Source: Bacteroidia bacterium
GTDB lineage: Bacteria > Bacteroidota > Bacteroidia > NS11-12g > UBA955
Direction: 5' to 3'
NCBI GenBank assembly: GCA_036405075.1
Contig: DASWYG010000316.1
Coordinates: forward strand, 1-45,227
Length of the DNA stretch: 45,227 bases
The translations under genes were made by a program, and so were the position numbers. The notes under the pieces are model-generated. The model was not told the DNA's origin, ran no database searches, and saw only the letters and a program-made list of their open reading frames with translations. This document shows, one piece after another, positions 32,894-41,597 of this stretch. How positions within the stretch are numbered: the stretch's first letter is position 1; each line of letters begins with the position of its first letter.

Positions 32894-35779
32894 TTATAAA
32901 ACAGGAATATTGATTTGCACCAAAGTGCCCGTCGAATTATTGAACTCATCTGTTTTATCAACTATTCTAACACTTATGGGATTGTTCTTGTCACTGTTTA
33001 AAATATCTAATCTGGTTTTATTGGCTCTCGTTGAAAATGATTGATGGGCAGAATTTTTCATTCTGTTAATTTCCCTTGATCTTTTTCTGCCAATGCCATT
33101 GTCATCTATGCTCACCTGTATAATTCTTTCCACAGATAAAAATCTGAAATTGATGCTCAATAAACGGTTGCTCATTTTATGCATCAATCCATGTTTAACC
33201 GCATTTTCTACATAAGGTTGAATCAACATTGGCGGAATTCTGAATTGCTCAGCCTGAGTGATGTTTTCCAAACTGATCTTAAAATCCAAGATGTTCTCAA
33301 ACCTCATCTGTTCAAGTTGCAGATAAAGTTCAAGAGTGTCTATTTCTTCCGCAAGGGAAATGGTTTCACGGTTCGATTCTTCAAGTATTTTACGTGTTAA
33401 AACAGAAAATTTGCCTAGGTAATTGATGGCCTGTTTTTTGTCGTTTAAATAGATATAACTCTGAATGGTGTTCAATGCATTAAAAATGAAATGCGGATTC
33501 ATTTGAGAGCGTATACTACTCAAAATGTTCAACTGTAAAGCTTTTTCAAGTTTGAATTTTTCAATTTCAGACTGTGTTTTCAAACGTATATTTCTAATTC
33601 TGTTTAAATAAAATAAGCCTATAATGCCCAATACCAGTATAGAGAGCAATAAGTAAAACCACCACGTATTCCACCAAGGTTTTAATATAACGAATGAAGT
33701 TGAATACAACCTTTGATTGCCTTCCTGACGAATGTAAAGGGTATAATTTCCGGGACTCAATTGACCAAGGTAAATTTGATCCTGACCTTTGTTGATCTTC
33801 AACCAGGTTTCCTTATCCAAACTGTATTCATAATCAACAAAACCTAAAACCGAAGCTGCAGGGCTTTCAATGCCAATGATGACACTGTTGCTGTTGTGGT
33901 TGAAGACAGGATGTCTCAGGTCGTGATAGGTCACATTACCGTTTGAGACATAGCTGAAGAACATAGGAATGACAGGTGGTTTTTTTCTCAATTCTCTCAA
34001 GTCAACGAAATAGGATTTCTGTGATGAGATCAGATACAATTGATTGTCTGAAATGGTGAAATCTGAACTGTTGTTGAGATCCACCGCCCCTATGTATGAG
34101 AAAGTCTGAATATCGAAATTGTCGAGATTAATGCTGTGAATACCCTTGTCACTTAAGATCCAAACATAATTGTTAACCAATTTGATCTTAATGATGTTGT
34201 ATCCAATTGTGCTGTTAAAATTGGTAAAATGTCTGTGAATCCTGTTGTTTTTTAATATGTATACTCCGGATTGTATGGTACCTACGATGATGTATGGAGG
34301 GTTGTAATCAATGATACTCGGAAATATCTGTTTGTCACCATCAAAAATTTGCCTCGACGATTGGTTTTTTTCCTTGGCATAAAAACCCGGAATACCCCCA
34401 AAATAAAGAGTTTGAGAAGATGTATCAAATTTTATTGCAATGAATCTTCCCAATATGTCCAATCTTCTTATTGAAGTATCTAATGAGTTGAATTTTGTTT
34501 GTGAGGCGATTCTAGACAATATGGTTTTGTTAAATCTATGGTACAGGATATTACCTGTTGTTGCCATATACAAATATCCATTTTCGTCAACAGCAGCATC
34601 TTTTAATGCCAATGATTGAATATAAGGAATGGCATTTAAGTTTGAATCGAGAATGATGAATGCACTGTTGCCTAAAATCAAGTGTTTGTTGTTCAGGTTT
34701 TTACAAACGATGATGGGTTTATTTCCAAATTTTTCACTGAAATCAGCTTTCTTTACAGCAACCCCATTGATCATTTCATAGAAAATATTGTCTTGAGAAA
34801 CAGCAAAAACCCTGTCTCGAAATTGAACCAGTTTCAACAATTGGCTATTGGTCGATAACTCTATGTTATTGACTCTACTTGAAGGAATGAAAATGATACC
34901 ATCATTGATCGTAGAGTACCAGTCATTGCCCAATTTGTCTTTAGCGCTGTGTGTAAAGCTGTGATTGTCTAATACAACGGAGGTTTTGAAAAGCTTATCA
35001 TCCAAAGAAACACGAAATACGCTTCCTGTTGTATACACTTGTAAATTTTTACCATTTACCTCTGAGTAGTTGTAATTGAATTTAATATCTACGGTTGTTT
35101 GGTATTTGTATCCGGGTCCATAATTGATGTACAACTCACTAGATGAATTGGAACTGTTGATGATACAATGTTCATCTACATGAATGATAGACATTTTAAT
35201 GTTCAAATCAACGGAGTCTATGCGGCGGTTAGAGTATTTATACAATTTGCCATTTCTTGCATTGTTGTAATAAACGGTATCTTTATAGACATGAAAGAAC
35301 TGAATTGCGTTATTCATCAATGTCTTGTATTCCTTTTTTGATTTAACATCGTATTCTATGATACCGCCTTCGGCATTAAAGATCAGATTGCCATTGCTTA
35401 AAAAACCCATCTTAAGTGTTGAAGGAAGAAAATTCAAGTCAAAGGATTTGAACAATTTCATTTCATCGTTCTCAATGTAAAAAGCTTGTAAACCCAAATT
35501 GGTCATCCAAATCTTACCGTCAGGTGCTTCATACACATCTGTATAAACATTTGATTTCTGGTCGGGGGTGTAAAAATGTTTAAATGAATAGCCGTCGTAT
35601 CTGCTGATCCCTTTATCATGAGCGATCCATAGAAATCCTTTTTTGTCGAAACGAATCTTGAAGATGTTATTGGTGGGAAGACCTTCTTTAATTGTAAATG
35701 ATTTATATACACGCTGTTGACTGTAAACTTGCTGCAGTAAAACAGTAAAAAACAGGGTCAGCAAGCATCCAAATCGCAT
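32894..35779 (-). CDS. Sensor histidine kinase: beta-propeller (reg_prop) repeats + Y_Y_Y domain + TM + LytS-type His_kinase/HATPase
   Basis: Start moved to ATG 35779 (MRFGCLLTLFFTVLLQQVYSQ signal). Also GLPTNNIFKIRFDKKGFLWIAHDKGISRYDG, YEYSLDKETW...LSPGNYTLYIR, TM WWFYLLLSILVLGIIGLFYL, NPHFIFNALNTIQ, and IPPMLIQPYVENAVKHG. Confidence 0.85.
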   Translation of the reverse strand: MRFGCLLTLFFTVLLQQVYSQQRVYKSFTIKEGLPTNNIFKIRFDKKGFLWIAHDKGISRYDGYSFKHFYTPDQKSNVYTDVYEAPDGKIWMTNLGLQAFYIENDEMKLFKSFDLNFLPSTLKMGFLSNGNLIFNAEGGIIEYDVKSKKEYKTLMNNAIQFFHVYKDTVYYNNARNGKLYKYSNRRIDSVDLNIKMSIIHVDEHCIINSSNSSSELYINYGPGYKYQTTVDIKFNYNYSEVNGKNLQVYTTGSVFRVSLDDKLFKTSVVLDNHSFTHSAKDKLGNDWYSTINDGIIFIPSSRVNNIELSTNSQLLKLVQFRDRVFAVSQDNIFYEMINGVAVKKADFSEKFGNKPIIVCKNLNNKHLILGNSAFIILDSNLNAIPYIQSLALKDAAVDENGYLYMATTGNILYHRFNKTILSRIASQTKFNSLDTSIRRLDILGRFIAIKFDTSSQTLYFGGIPGFYAKEKNQSSRQIFDGDKQIFPSIIDYNPPYIIVGTIQSGVYILKNNRIHRHFTNFNSTIGYNIIKIKLVNNYVWILSDKGIHSINLDNFDIQTFSYIGAVDLNNSSDFTISDNQLYLISSQKSYFVDLRELRKKPPVIPMFFSYVSNGNVTYHDLRHPVFNHNSNSVIIGIESPAASVLGFVDYEYSLDKETWLKINKGQDQIYLGQLSPGNYTLYIRQEGNQRLYSTSFVILKPWWNTWWFYLLLSILVLGIIGLFYLNRIRNIRLKTQSEIEKFKLEKALQLNILSSIRSQMNPHFIFNALNTIQSYIYLNDKKQAINYLGKFSVLTRKILEESNRETISLAEEIDTLELYLQLEQMRFENILDFKISLENITQAEQFRIPPMLIQPYVENAVKHGLMHKMSNRLLSINFRFLSVERIIQVSIDDNGIGRKRSREINRMKNSAHQSFSTRANKTRLDILNSDKNNPISVRIVDKTDEFNNSTGTLVQINIPVL

Positions 35780-36022
35780 AAGCAAATATGTAAAAAAAAT
35801 GTCATAAAACCTCTGAGTTGTCTTAATAAATAGAGCATTTCTGATTGAATTTGGATGAGCCATTGGCACAATGATTAAATGGCAATAGATTTTGGTATAA
35901 TGAGAACAGGCTTTGGTCAATTTTGGCAAAATGAGTTCAGATTTAATTTCACCTTTGTATCATTCAAAGAAAGGCTTGTACCCTACATACCATTTTGAAA
36001 GACTAAAATAATTTTGCACACT

Positions 36023-36050
36023 AAAGCCCCTTTAAACTGGGGCTTTTTTT
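36023..36050 (+). terminator. Orphan plus-strand rho-independent terminator
   Basis: aaagcccc (36023-36030) / loop tttaaact / ggggcttt (36039-46), with a T7 run on the + strand only. Both neighbouring genes are on the - strand. Confidence 0.5.
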
Positions 36051-36166
36051 ATGGGTTTGATTTTCTGGTTGAAAGAAACTCTAAGGCTTTCACACTTAGG
36101 GTTTAGGTTTCAAGCATCGTATCTGACCAAGGCTGTAAACCGGCGAAATCACTCGAGAAACTGCAT

Positions 36167-36198
36167 AAAAAAAGGCCGGAACAAGTCCGACCTTTTTT
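36167..36198. terminator. Rho-independent terminator of dnaK (bidirectional shape)
   Basis: A7 / ggccgga (36174-80) / acaag / tccgacc (36186-92) / T6. On the - strand this is a 7-bp stem (one G-U pair) followed by U7, 21 nt after the dnaK stop. Confidence 0.7.
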
Positions 36199-36219
36199 AT
36201 TTATAATCTTGTAATTTAA

Positions 36220-38127
36220 TTATTTGACCTCTTCAAAGCTCACATCTTCAACGTCTGCACCATTGTTGGCGTTGCCATTGTTTGCATTAGCTGAACTGCC
36301 TTCCTGAGTTTGACCTTGTGCTTGCTGTGCAGCATAAATGTCCTGACTTGCAGCTTCCCAAGCTTTATTCAACTCTGCTGAAGCTGTGTCGCATGCAGCA
36401 ATGTCTTTGCTTTGATGTGCAGTTTTTAAGCTGGCAAGAGCAGTTTCAATTGCAGATTTTTTGTCTTCCGGCAATTTATCGCCATAATCTTTCAAATTCT
36501 TTTCAGATTCAAAAATCATGGTATCAGCTGCATTTAATTTTTCTACATCTTCCTTGGCTTTTCTATCACTTTCGGCGTTGGCTTCAGCTTCTTTTTTCAT
36601 TCTGTCGATTTCTTCTTTGCTGAGTCCACTTGAACTTTCAATTCTGATTTTTTGTTCTTTCCCTGTGCCTTTGTCTTTAGCACTTACATGCAATATACCG
36701 TTGGCATCGATGTCGAACATCACTTCAATTTGAGGAACACCTCTTGGAGCCGGAGGGATACCATCGAGGTTAAAGTTACCAATGGTTCTGTTGTCTTTAG
36801 CCATTGGTCTTTCACCTTGCAACACATGTAATTGAACACTTGGTTGATTGTCTGAAGCAGTACTAAAAGTCTCACTTTTCTTGGTAGGAATAGTGGTATT
36901 GGCTTCAATCAATTTGGTCATTACACCGCCATAAGTTTCGATACCCAAACTCAGTGGGGTAACATCCAGAAGCAATACATCTTTCACTTCACCTGTCAAT
37001 ACACCACCTTGAATTGCAGCACCAATTGCTACAACTTCATCCGGATTAACACCTTTGGAAGGAGCTTTGCCGAAAAATTTTTCTACTGCAGCTTGTACTG
37101 CTGGTATACGTGTGCTACCACCAACCAATATCACTTCATTGATATCCGATGTGCTGTAACCGGCATTTTTCAATGCAGATTTGCAAGGTTCTATGGTTCT
37201 TTGTACCAAGTCATCTACCAATTGTTCGAACTTGGCTTTAGTAAGTGTTCTCACCAAGTGTTTTGGAATACCGTCTACCGGCATGATGTATGGCAAATTG
37301 ATTTCAGATGAAGTGGTGCTGGAAAGTTCAATTTTCGCTTTCTCGGCAGCTTCTTTCAATCTTTGCAATGCCATAGGGTCTTTGCTCAAATCCAATCCAC
37401 TGTTTTCATCTTTAAATTCTTGTACCAACCAGTCGATGATCTTTTGATCGAAGTCGTCACCACCCAAGTGTGTATCACCATCGGTAGCTTTTACTTCAAA
37501 TACACCATCTCCGAGTTCAAGAACAGAAACGTCGTGAGTACCGCCACCACAGTCGAAAACAACAATTTTGAGGTCACTGTTTTTCTTGTCGAGGCCATAA
37601 GCCAATGCAGCAGCAGTTGGCTCATTGATGATCCTTCTTACATTTAAACCGGCAATTTCGCCTGCTTCTTTGGTAGCTTGTCTTTGCGCGTCATTGAAAT
37701 ATGCAGGAACGGTAATTACCGCTTCTTTAACTTCTGTACCCAAGTAATCTTCGGCAGTTTTCTTCATTTTTTGAAGAATCATTGCACTGATTTCTTGTGG
37801 AGTGTAGAGTCTGTCATCGATTTTAACCCTTGGGGTATTGTTGTCACCTTTGATGACTTCATAAGGCACCCTTGCAGTCTCGATGCCCACCTGATCAAAA
37901 GAATTTCCCATGAATCTCTTGATAGAGAAAATGGTGTTTCTCGGGTTGGTGATGGCTTGACGTTTTGCTGGATCTCCTATTTTGCGTTCGCCGTCTTTCA
38001 TGAATCCGACGACAGATGGTGTGGTGCGCTTGCCTTCGCTATTTGCAATCACCACTGGTTCGTTGCCTTCCATCACTGAAACGCAACTGTTGGTTGTTCC
38101 TAAGTCTATGCCTATTATTTTGCTCAT
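36220..38127 (-). CDS. dnaK: Molecular chaperone DnaK (Hsp70)
   Basis: [40 protein letters not shown]. 635 aa with a G/N/A-rich tail ending EEVK. Confidence 0.98.
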   Translation of the reverse strand: MSKIIGIDLGTTNSCVSVMEGNEPVVIANSEGKRTTPSVVGFMKDGERKIGDPAKRQAITNPRNTIFSIKRFMGNSFDQVGIETARVPYEVIKGDNNTPRVKIDDRLYTPQEISAMILQKMKKTAEDYLGTEVKEAVITVPAYFNDAQRQATKEAGEIAGLNVRRIINEPTAAALAYGLDKKNSDLKIVVFDCGGGTHDVSVLELGDGVFEVKATDGDTHLGGDDFDQKIIDWLVQEFKDENSGLDLSKDPMALQRLKEAAEKAKIELSSTTSSEINLPYIMPVDGIPKHLVRTLTKAKFEQLVDDLVQRTIEPCKSALKNAGYSTSDINEVILVGGSTRIPAVQAAVEKFFGKAPSKGVNPDEVVAIGAAIQGGVLTGEVKDVLLLDVTPLSLGIETYGGVMTKLIEANTTIPTKKSETFSTASDNQPSVQLHVLQGERPMAKDNRTIGNFNLDGIPPAPRGVPQIEVMFDIDANGILHVSAKDKGTGKEQKIRIESSSGLSKEEIDRMKKEAEANAESDRKAKEDVEKLNAADTMIFESEKNLKDYGDKLPEDKKSAIETALASLKTAHQSKDIAACDTASAELNKAWEAASQDIYAAQQAQGQTQEGSSANANNGNANNGADVEDVSFEEVK

Positions 38128-38319
38128 AAATATGGTTGTTACTCCTTTATATATCCTTTTGTTTTCAAACCAAATGCCAAGCCCTGTTTTTTAACAGTTT
38201 AATGCCATTTTTTTAAAATATGATCGAATTGTCTGACAAAAAGTCGGTTTTTGTCGGTAAAGAAAATGATCGGAAATGACAGAATGTGTGTGAATCTGAC
38301 AGGATCAGCGCAAGAAGAA

Positions 38320-39321
38320 TTAATTTTTTACAAATCCCAGTGACTTGTAATTAAGGTCTTGGGTCAACACCGTTTTCATGGTTTCAGAAATGGTCACCTG
38401 GTCAAAATACATGGTGTTGCGTGATGCAAATATACCAACCGCATTGTCAAGGTTGGTGTATTCTGTTTGTTTTTGAACGATACCTATTGATGGCGTTGAA
38501 GATTGTATGTAAGTATCCAGTTCCCTGTTACCTGAAACCAATACCACACTGCAATAAGTGAATTTCCTGACGATGTTCGGATTGGGTTTCAACTCATTCA
38601 AAAGTATAGAGTAAAAAGATGCACCGGCGGTTCTTTGAGTCACAATCTCCCTGTCTTTGTCTTTACTGGTAGATGATCTGAAACTTCTCATGATCTTCCA
38701 TGAGATGGTTTTCGTTTCTTTGATCGTTGTGTCAAATTTATTTTGTTCTATATAACTGAAATTGAAATAGCAATCAAAAATCTTGGAGTTCATGCCGGTT
38801 TCAAATTGAAGGTTCAGGTTGCCGCTTGGTGGTATGTTTATGATCCTGGTAAAAGGATTTACAGGTTGATAGACATTTGGATTCATCGCAATATTCGTTT
38901 GCGCTGAAATCAATTTGCCACTTTTAGGCAGTTTCATCTCAAATCTGTAGGTTTGAGTCTGAAAGATCTGTTCGGTTGTAACGTATAAATAATTGGGTGA
39001 ATTTACAAATATGCCACTGTCCTTCAAGGCTATATTGGCCTTATACAAAGGAATTCTTCTACCGGTTCCTACTTCAACCAGTTCAGGAGATATTGTATCG
39101 AAATAGAGGGAATCGGCAATTTTGGCAACATCAACTGCTCTTGCGTTTGGGTTGACAAAAACTTTGTTGATCTTGATGAATTGAACATTTGAATTGGGGT
39201 CCAATAACCCATAAATGGCAGCACTTTCTTCGTAATCTGCCAAGACTTCAATTTCATTTGAACAGCCACTATAAACCAGCGCGAATACAGAAAGAACTAA
39301 AAAACGAAAACACGACTTCAT
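38320..39321 (-). CDS. Lipoprotein of unknown function (possibly DUF4249-like)
   Basis: Lipobox LVYSGC. N-terminus ...AAIYGLLDPNSNVQFIKINKVF is reminiscent of DUF4249, but I cannot verify this. Confidence 0.55.
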   Translation of the reverse strand: MKSCFRFLVLSVFALVYSGCSNEIEVLADYEESAAIYGLLDPNSNVQFIKINKVFVNPNARAVDVAKIADSLYFDTISPELVEVGTGRRIPLYKANIALKDSGIFVNSPNYLYVTTEQIFQTQTYRFEMKLPKSGKLISAQTNIAMNPNVYQPVNPFTRIINIPPSGNLNLQFETGMNSKIFDCYFNFSYIEQNKFDTTIKETKTISWKIMRSFRSSTSKDKDREIVTQRTAGASFYSILLNELKPNPNIVRKFTYCSVVLVSGNRELDTYIQSSTPSIGIVQKQTEYTNLDNAVGIFASRNTMYFDQVTISETMKTVLTQDLNYKSLGFVKN

Positions 39322-39337
39322 AATGAGTAAATATTAT

Positions 39338-39345
39338 TAATTTTG
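39338..39345 (+). promoter_or_regulatory. Candidate -7 promoter box (TAATTTTG)
   Basis: TAnnTTTG match 34 nt upstream of ATG 39380. Confidence 0.4.
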
Positions 39346-39379
39346 CAACATCCGTTATAAATACAACGGTTATGCAAAG

Positions 39380-40747
39380 ATGAAGAAATTATTTCTAATT
39401 TGGATGTGTGGGTCAGGATTTTTTACATTCGGACAGGAGGTGAACAAAGAATTCACCAAACTTCTGCTGAATGAGCAATTCTCCCAAGTAGAAAAGAACT
39501 GGAGCAGTACGTTCAATGCCGATAATCTGTTCATTGCCCAAAACGGTTATTTTGAACTCTACCGTAAGTCTAAGAAATCGGGTTACTTTTTGTTTTCAAA
39601 TTCCACTGATGAATATTCTGCGTTTCAACTGGAAACTGCTATAGTCTTTAATGAACACGACAACAAAAAACAAAGTGCAGGCGTGCTCATGATGGCTCAA
39701 AATGAATCCGGAGGTCTGTTGGTGGAGATCAATCAAAAAAGAGAATACAGGGTAGTAAGGGTTTATAAAGACAAACAAGTGCCACTCAATGGCAATGGCA
39801 ATGGTTGGAGAAAAGCAGCTTCAGCAATCACCAAAGTTGAAAATACAATTCTCATCAAGACTTATGACAAAGTGTATGATTTGTATGTGAATGGCATTTA
39901 CCTGGAATCGTTTACCGATATAGAACTCAACAAAGGTAAAGTGGGCATATTTGTTGGTCCGGACAGCAAAGTGAAGTTTGATTATCTTAAAATTTTAGGG
40001 GAGGAGAAAAAAGACCTTCAATCGATAGTTCCAAATGAGGAAAAGACCAAAGAGGAATCATTTACCCTCATCATTGTTAAATTAAAAGATCAGATCAATC
40101 AAAAGGAACGCGAGTTGGATGAGGTAAAAACAAAACTGAAACTTTGTGAAACTTCAGGAGGCACCGGTGTCAGAAATTCGGATACAGGATTGCTGAATCT
40201 TAAAAATACACTGTCTTCAAGAGTCGATGAATTGGAAGAAGAAAATGATGAATTGAAATTCAAATTGATCGGTATGGAGACAGAACTTGAGCAATTGCGA
40301 GAGTTTAGAAAAGGTGTTGAAACATCAGCAAATGGCGATATTGTTATCAGTTTGACCAATATCGTGGCATCACAAACAGCCACCATCAATGAATTGGAAA
40401 AAAAGAATAAGTCATTGAATGAGGAAAGCAATGGTTTGTTCATAGAAACGAAAGATCTAAGCAAGAAATTGGATATAAGGACCAATCAGTTGACTGCAGC
40501 AAAAGCAGAGAATTCGAATTTAAAATCTCAGCTCGACAGTTTGAAGAACTTGGTTTTACAACTGCGTGATACCATTAAAATGAAAGCATCTGACACCGCC
40601 AGTGGGGCGCAAATGAGGCCAATGACCGATGAGGAAAAGCTTCAGCAGATGATTGAAAAGGAACGTGAAGAGAGAAGGAAAAGAAAAGAAGAGGAAGAGC
40701 GATTACGCAAAGAAGAAGAGGAAAAGAACAAGAAAGAAGGTGAATAA
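39380..40747 (+). CDS. Secreted protein: N-terminal LamG/DUF1080-like jelly-roll + about 250-aa coiled coil + E/K/R-rich tail
   Basis: Signal MKKLFLIWMCGSGFFTFGQ. Jelly-roll-like pattern W..T....LFIAQNGYFEL...FQLETAIVF...SAGVLMM...YRVVRVY...ILIKTYDKVYDLYVNGIYL...GKVGIFVGPDSKVKFDYLKI. Then heptad-rich LK/EL sequence and a tail EKEREERRKRKEEEERLRKEEEEKNKKEGE. Confidence 0.6.
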   Translation: MKKLFLIWMCGSGFFTFGQEVNKEFTKLLLNEQFSQVEKNWSSTFNADNLFIAQNGYFELYRKSKKSGYFLFSNSTDEYSAFQLETAIVFNEHDNKKQSAGVLMMAQNESGGLLVEINQKREYRVVRVYKDKQVPLNGNGNGWRKAASAITKVENTILIKTYDKVYDLYVNGIYLESFTDIELNKGKVGIFVGPDSKVKFDYLKILGEEKKDLQSIVPNEEKTKEESFTLIIVKLKDQINQKERELDEVKTKLKLCETSGGTGVRNSDTGLLNLKNTLSSRVDELEEENDELKFKLIGMETELEQLREFRKGVETSANGDIVISLTNIVASQTATINELEKKNKSLNEESNGLFIETKDLSKKLDIRTNQLTAAKAENSNLKSQLDSLKNLVLQLRDTIKMKASDTASGAQMRPMTDEEKLQQMIEKEREERRKRKEEEERLRKEEEEKNKKEGE

Positions 40748-41106
40748 TGGTAGTGGTCAGCTCACTTTTGTTGGACACCTTGACTCTTAGCAACAAAAAT
40801 GTAAGTGCCATGGCTTTATGGCCATTTATCATATTCAGAAAAGAGTCTGACCGCAATAATCAAGTGATGATGAACCATGAGAAGATCCATCACCGTCAGC
40901 AACTTGAAATGCTCATTTTACCTTATTACATCTGGTATTTCACAGAATATTGGTGGAGCATGGTGGTCAATGGTTTTAAACACCATGAGGCATACATGTC
41001 GGTGAGCTTTGAAAAAGAAGCCTATGCCAACGAAGCAGATTTTAATTATTTGAAAAAAAGAAAATTTTTAGAAGGGCTCAAATACCTCAGAAAACAAAAT
41101 AAATGA
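40747..41106 (+). CDS. 119-aa HExxH-motif protein (putative minimal gluzincin-like metallopeptidase fold)
   Basis: NHEKIHHRQQLE (HExxH at nt 40876-40890), a hydrophobic stretch MLILPYYIWYFTEYWWSMVV, and downstream FEKEAYANE. The ATG shares one nt with the preceding TAA. Confidence 0.55.
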   Translation: MVVVSSLLLDTLTLSNKNVSAMALWPFIIFRKESDRNNQVMMNHEKIHHRQQLEMLILPYYIWYFTEYWWSMVVNGFKHHEAYMSVSFEKEAYANEADFNYLKKRKFLEGLKYLRKQNK

Positions 41107-41522
41107 TAACGGTAATAAAAATTAAAAAACCCGAGGAAAAGGACTTGGCATTTGCAATCAGAAGACGTGTATTTGTTGAGGAGCAAGAAGTGGATGCTTC
41201 AGAAGAGTATGATGACGATGACGAAAAATCTACACATTTTCTGGCTTACTGTGAAGGTGTTGCATGCGGTACAGCAAGATGGCGATTTAAGGATCGCGGC
41301 ATAATAAAATTAGAGCGTTTTGCGGTTGATTCAATTTATAGGGGAAAAGGAGTAGGGGCAGCATTGGTAAAAGCCGTTCTTGATGATTTGCCAATGGCTG
41401 AAAAGGTGATGATGCACGCCCAATTACATGCCATTCCATTCTATTTGAAGCAAGGTTTTATCACATACGGTCCTGAGTTTGAAGAGGCAGGCATTAAACA
41501 TTTTGCCATGAAATTGAGCTGA
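41103..41522 (+). CDS. GNAT-family N-acetyltransferase
   Basis: IRRRVFVEEQ, LERFAVDSIYRGKGVGAALV (acetyl-CoA binding R/Q-x-x-G-x-G/A), FYLKQGF. ATGA overlap with the preceding gene. Confidence 0.85.
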   Translation: MITVIKIKKPEEKDLAFAIRRRVFVEEQEVDASEEYDDDDEKSTHFLAYCEGVACGTARWRFKDRGIIKLERFAVDSIYRGKGVGAALVKAVLDDLPMAEKVMMHAQLHAIPFYLKQGFITYGPEFEEAGIKHFAMKLS

Positions 41523-41597
41523 TTCATCAAAAAAATATTCTGAGTGGGAATACTCTGCCATTTTTAGTTAATTTCGCGACTTAATAATTCAGCGCTT

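Noticed and set aside
35780-35929. N-terminal 50-aa extension of the sensor kinase from a TTG start, and similar extensions at 459, 10939, 11933, 27994, 30920 and 30937
   Set aside because: In each case the extension precedes a clean signal peptide or conserved N-terminus that begins at an internal ATG, and it has no coding features of its own. In some cases it contains a promoter box or overlaps the neighbouring gene.
36318-38194. Series of long plus-strand ORFs (70-133 aa) antisense to dnaK
   Set aside because: They fall entirely within the strongly supported dnaK CDS, and their translations are low-complexity or Cys/Phe/Leu-rich with no motifs. Long antisense frames are a known codon-bias artefact of hsp70 genes.
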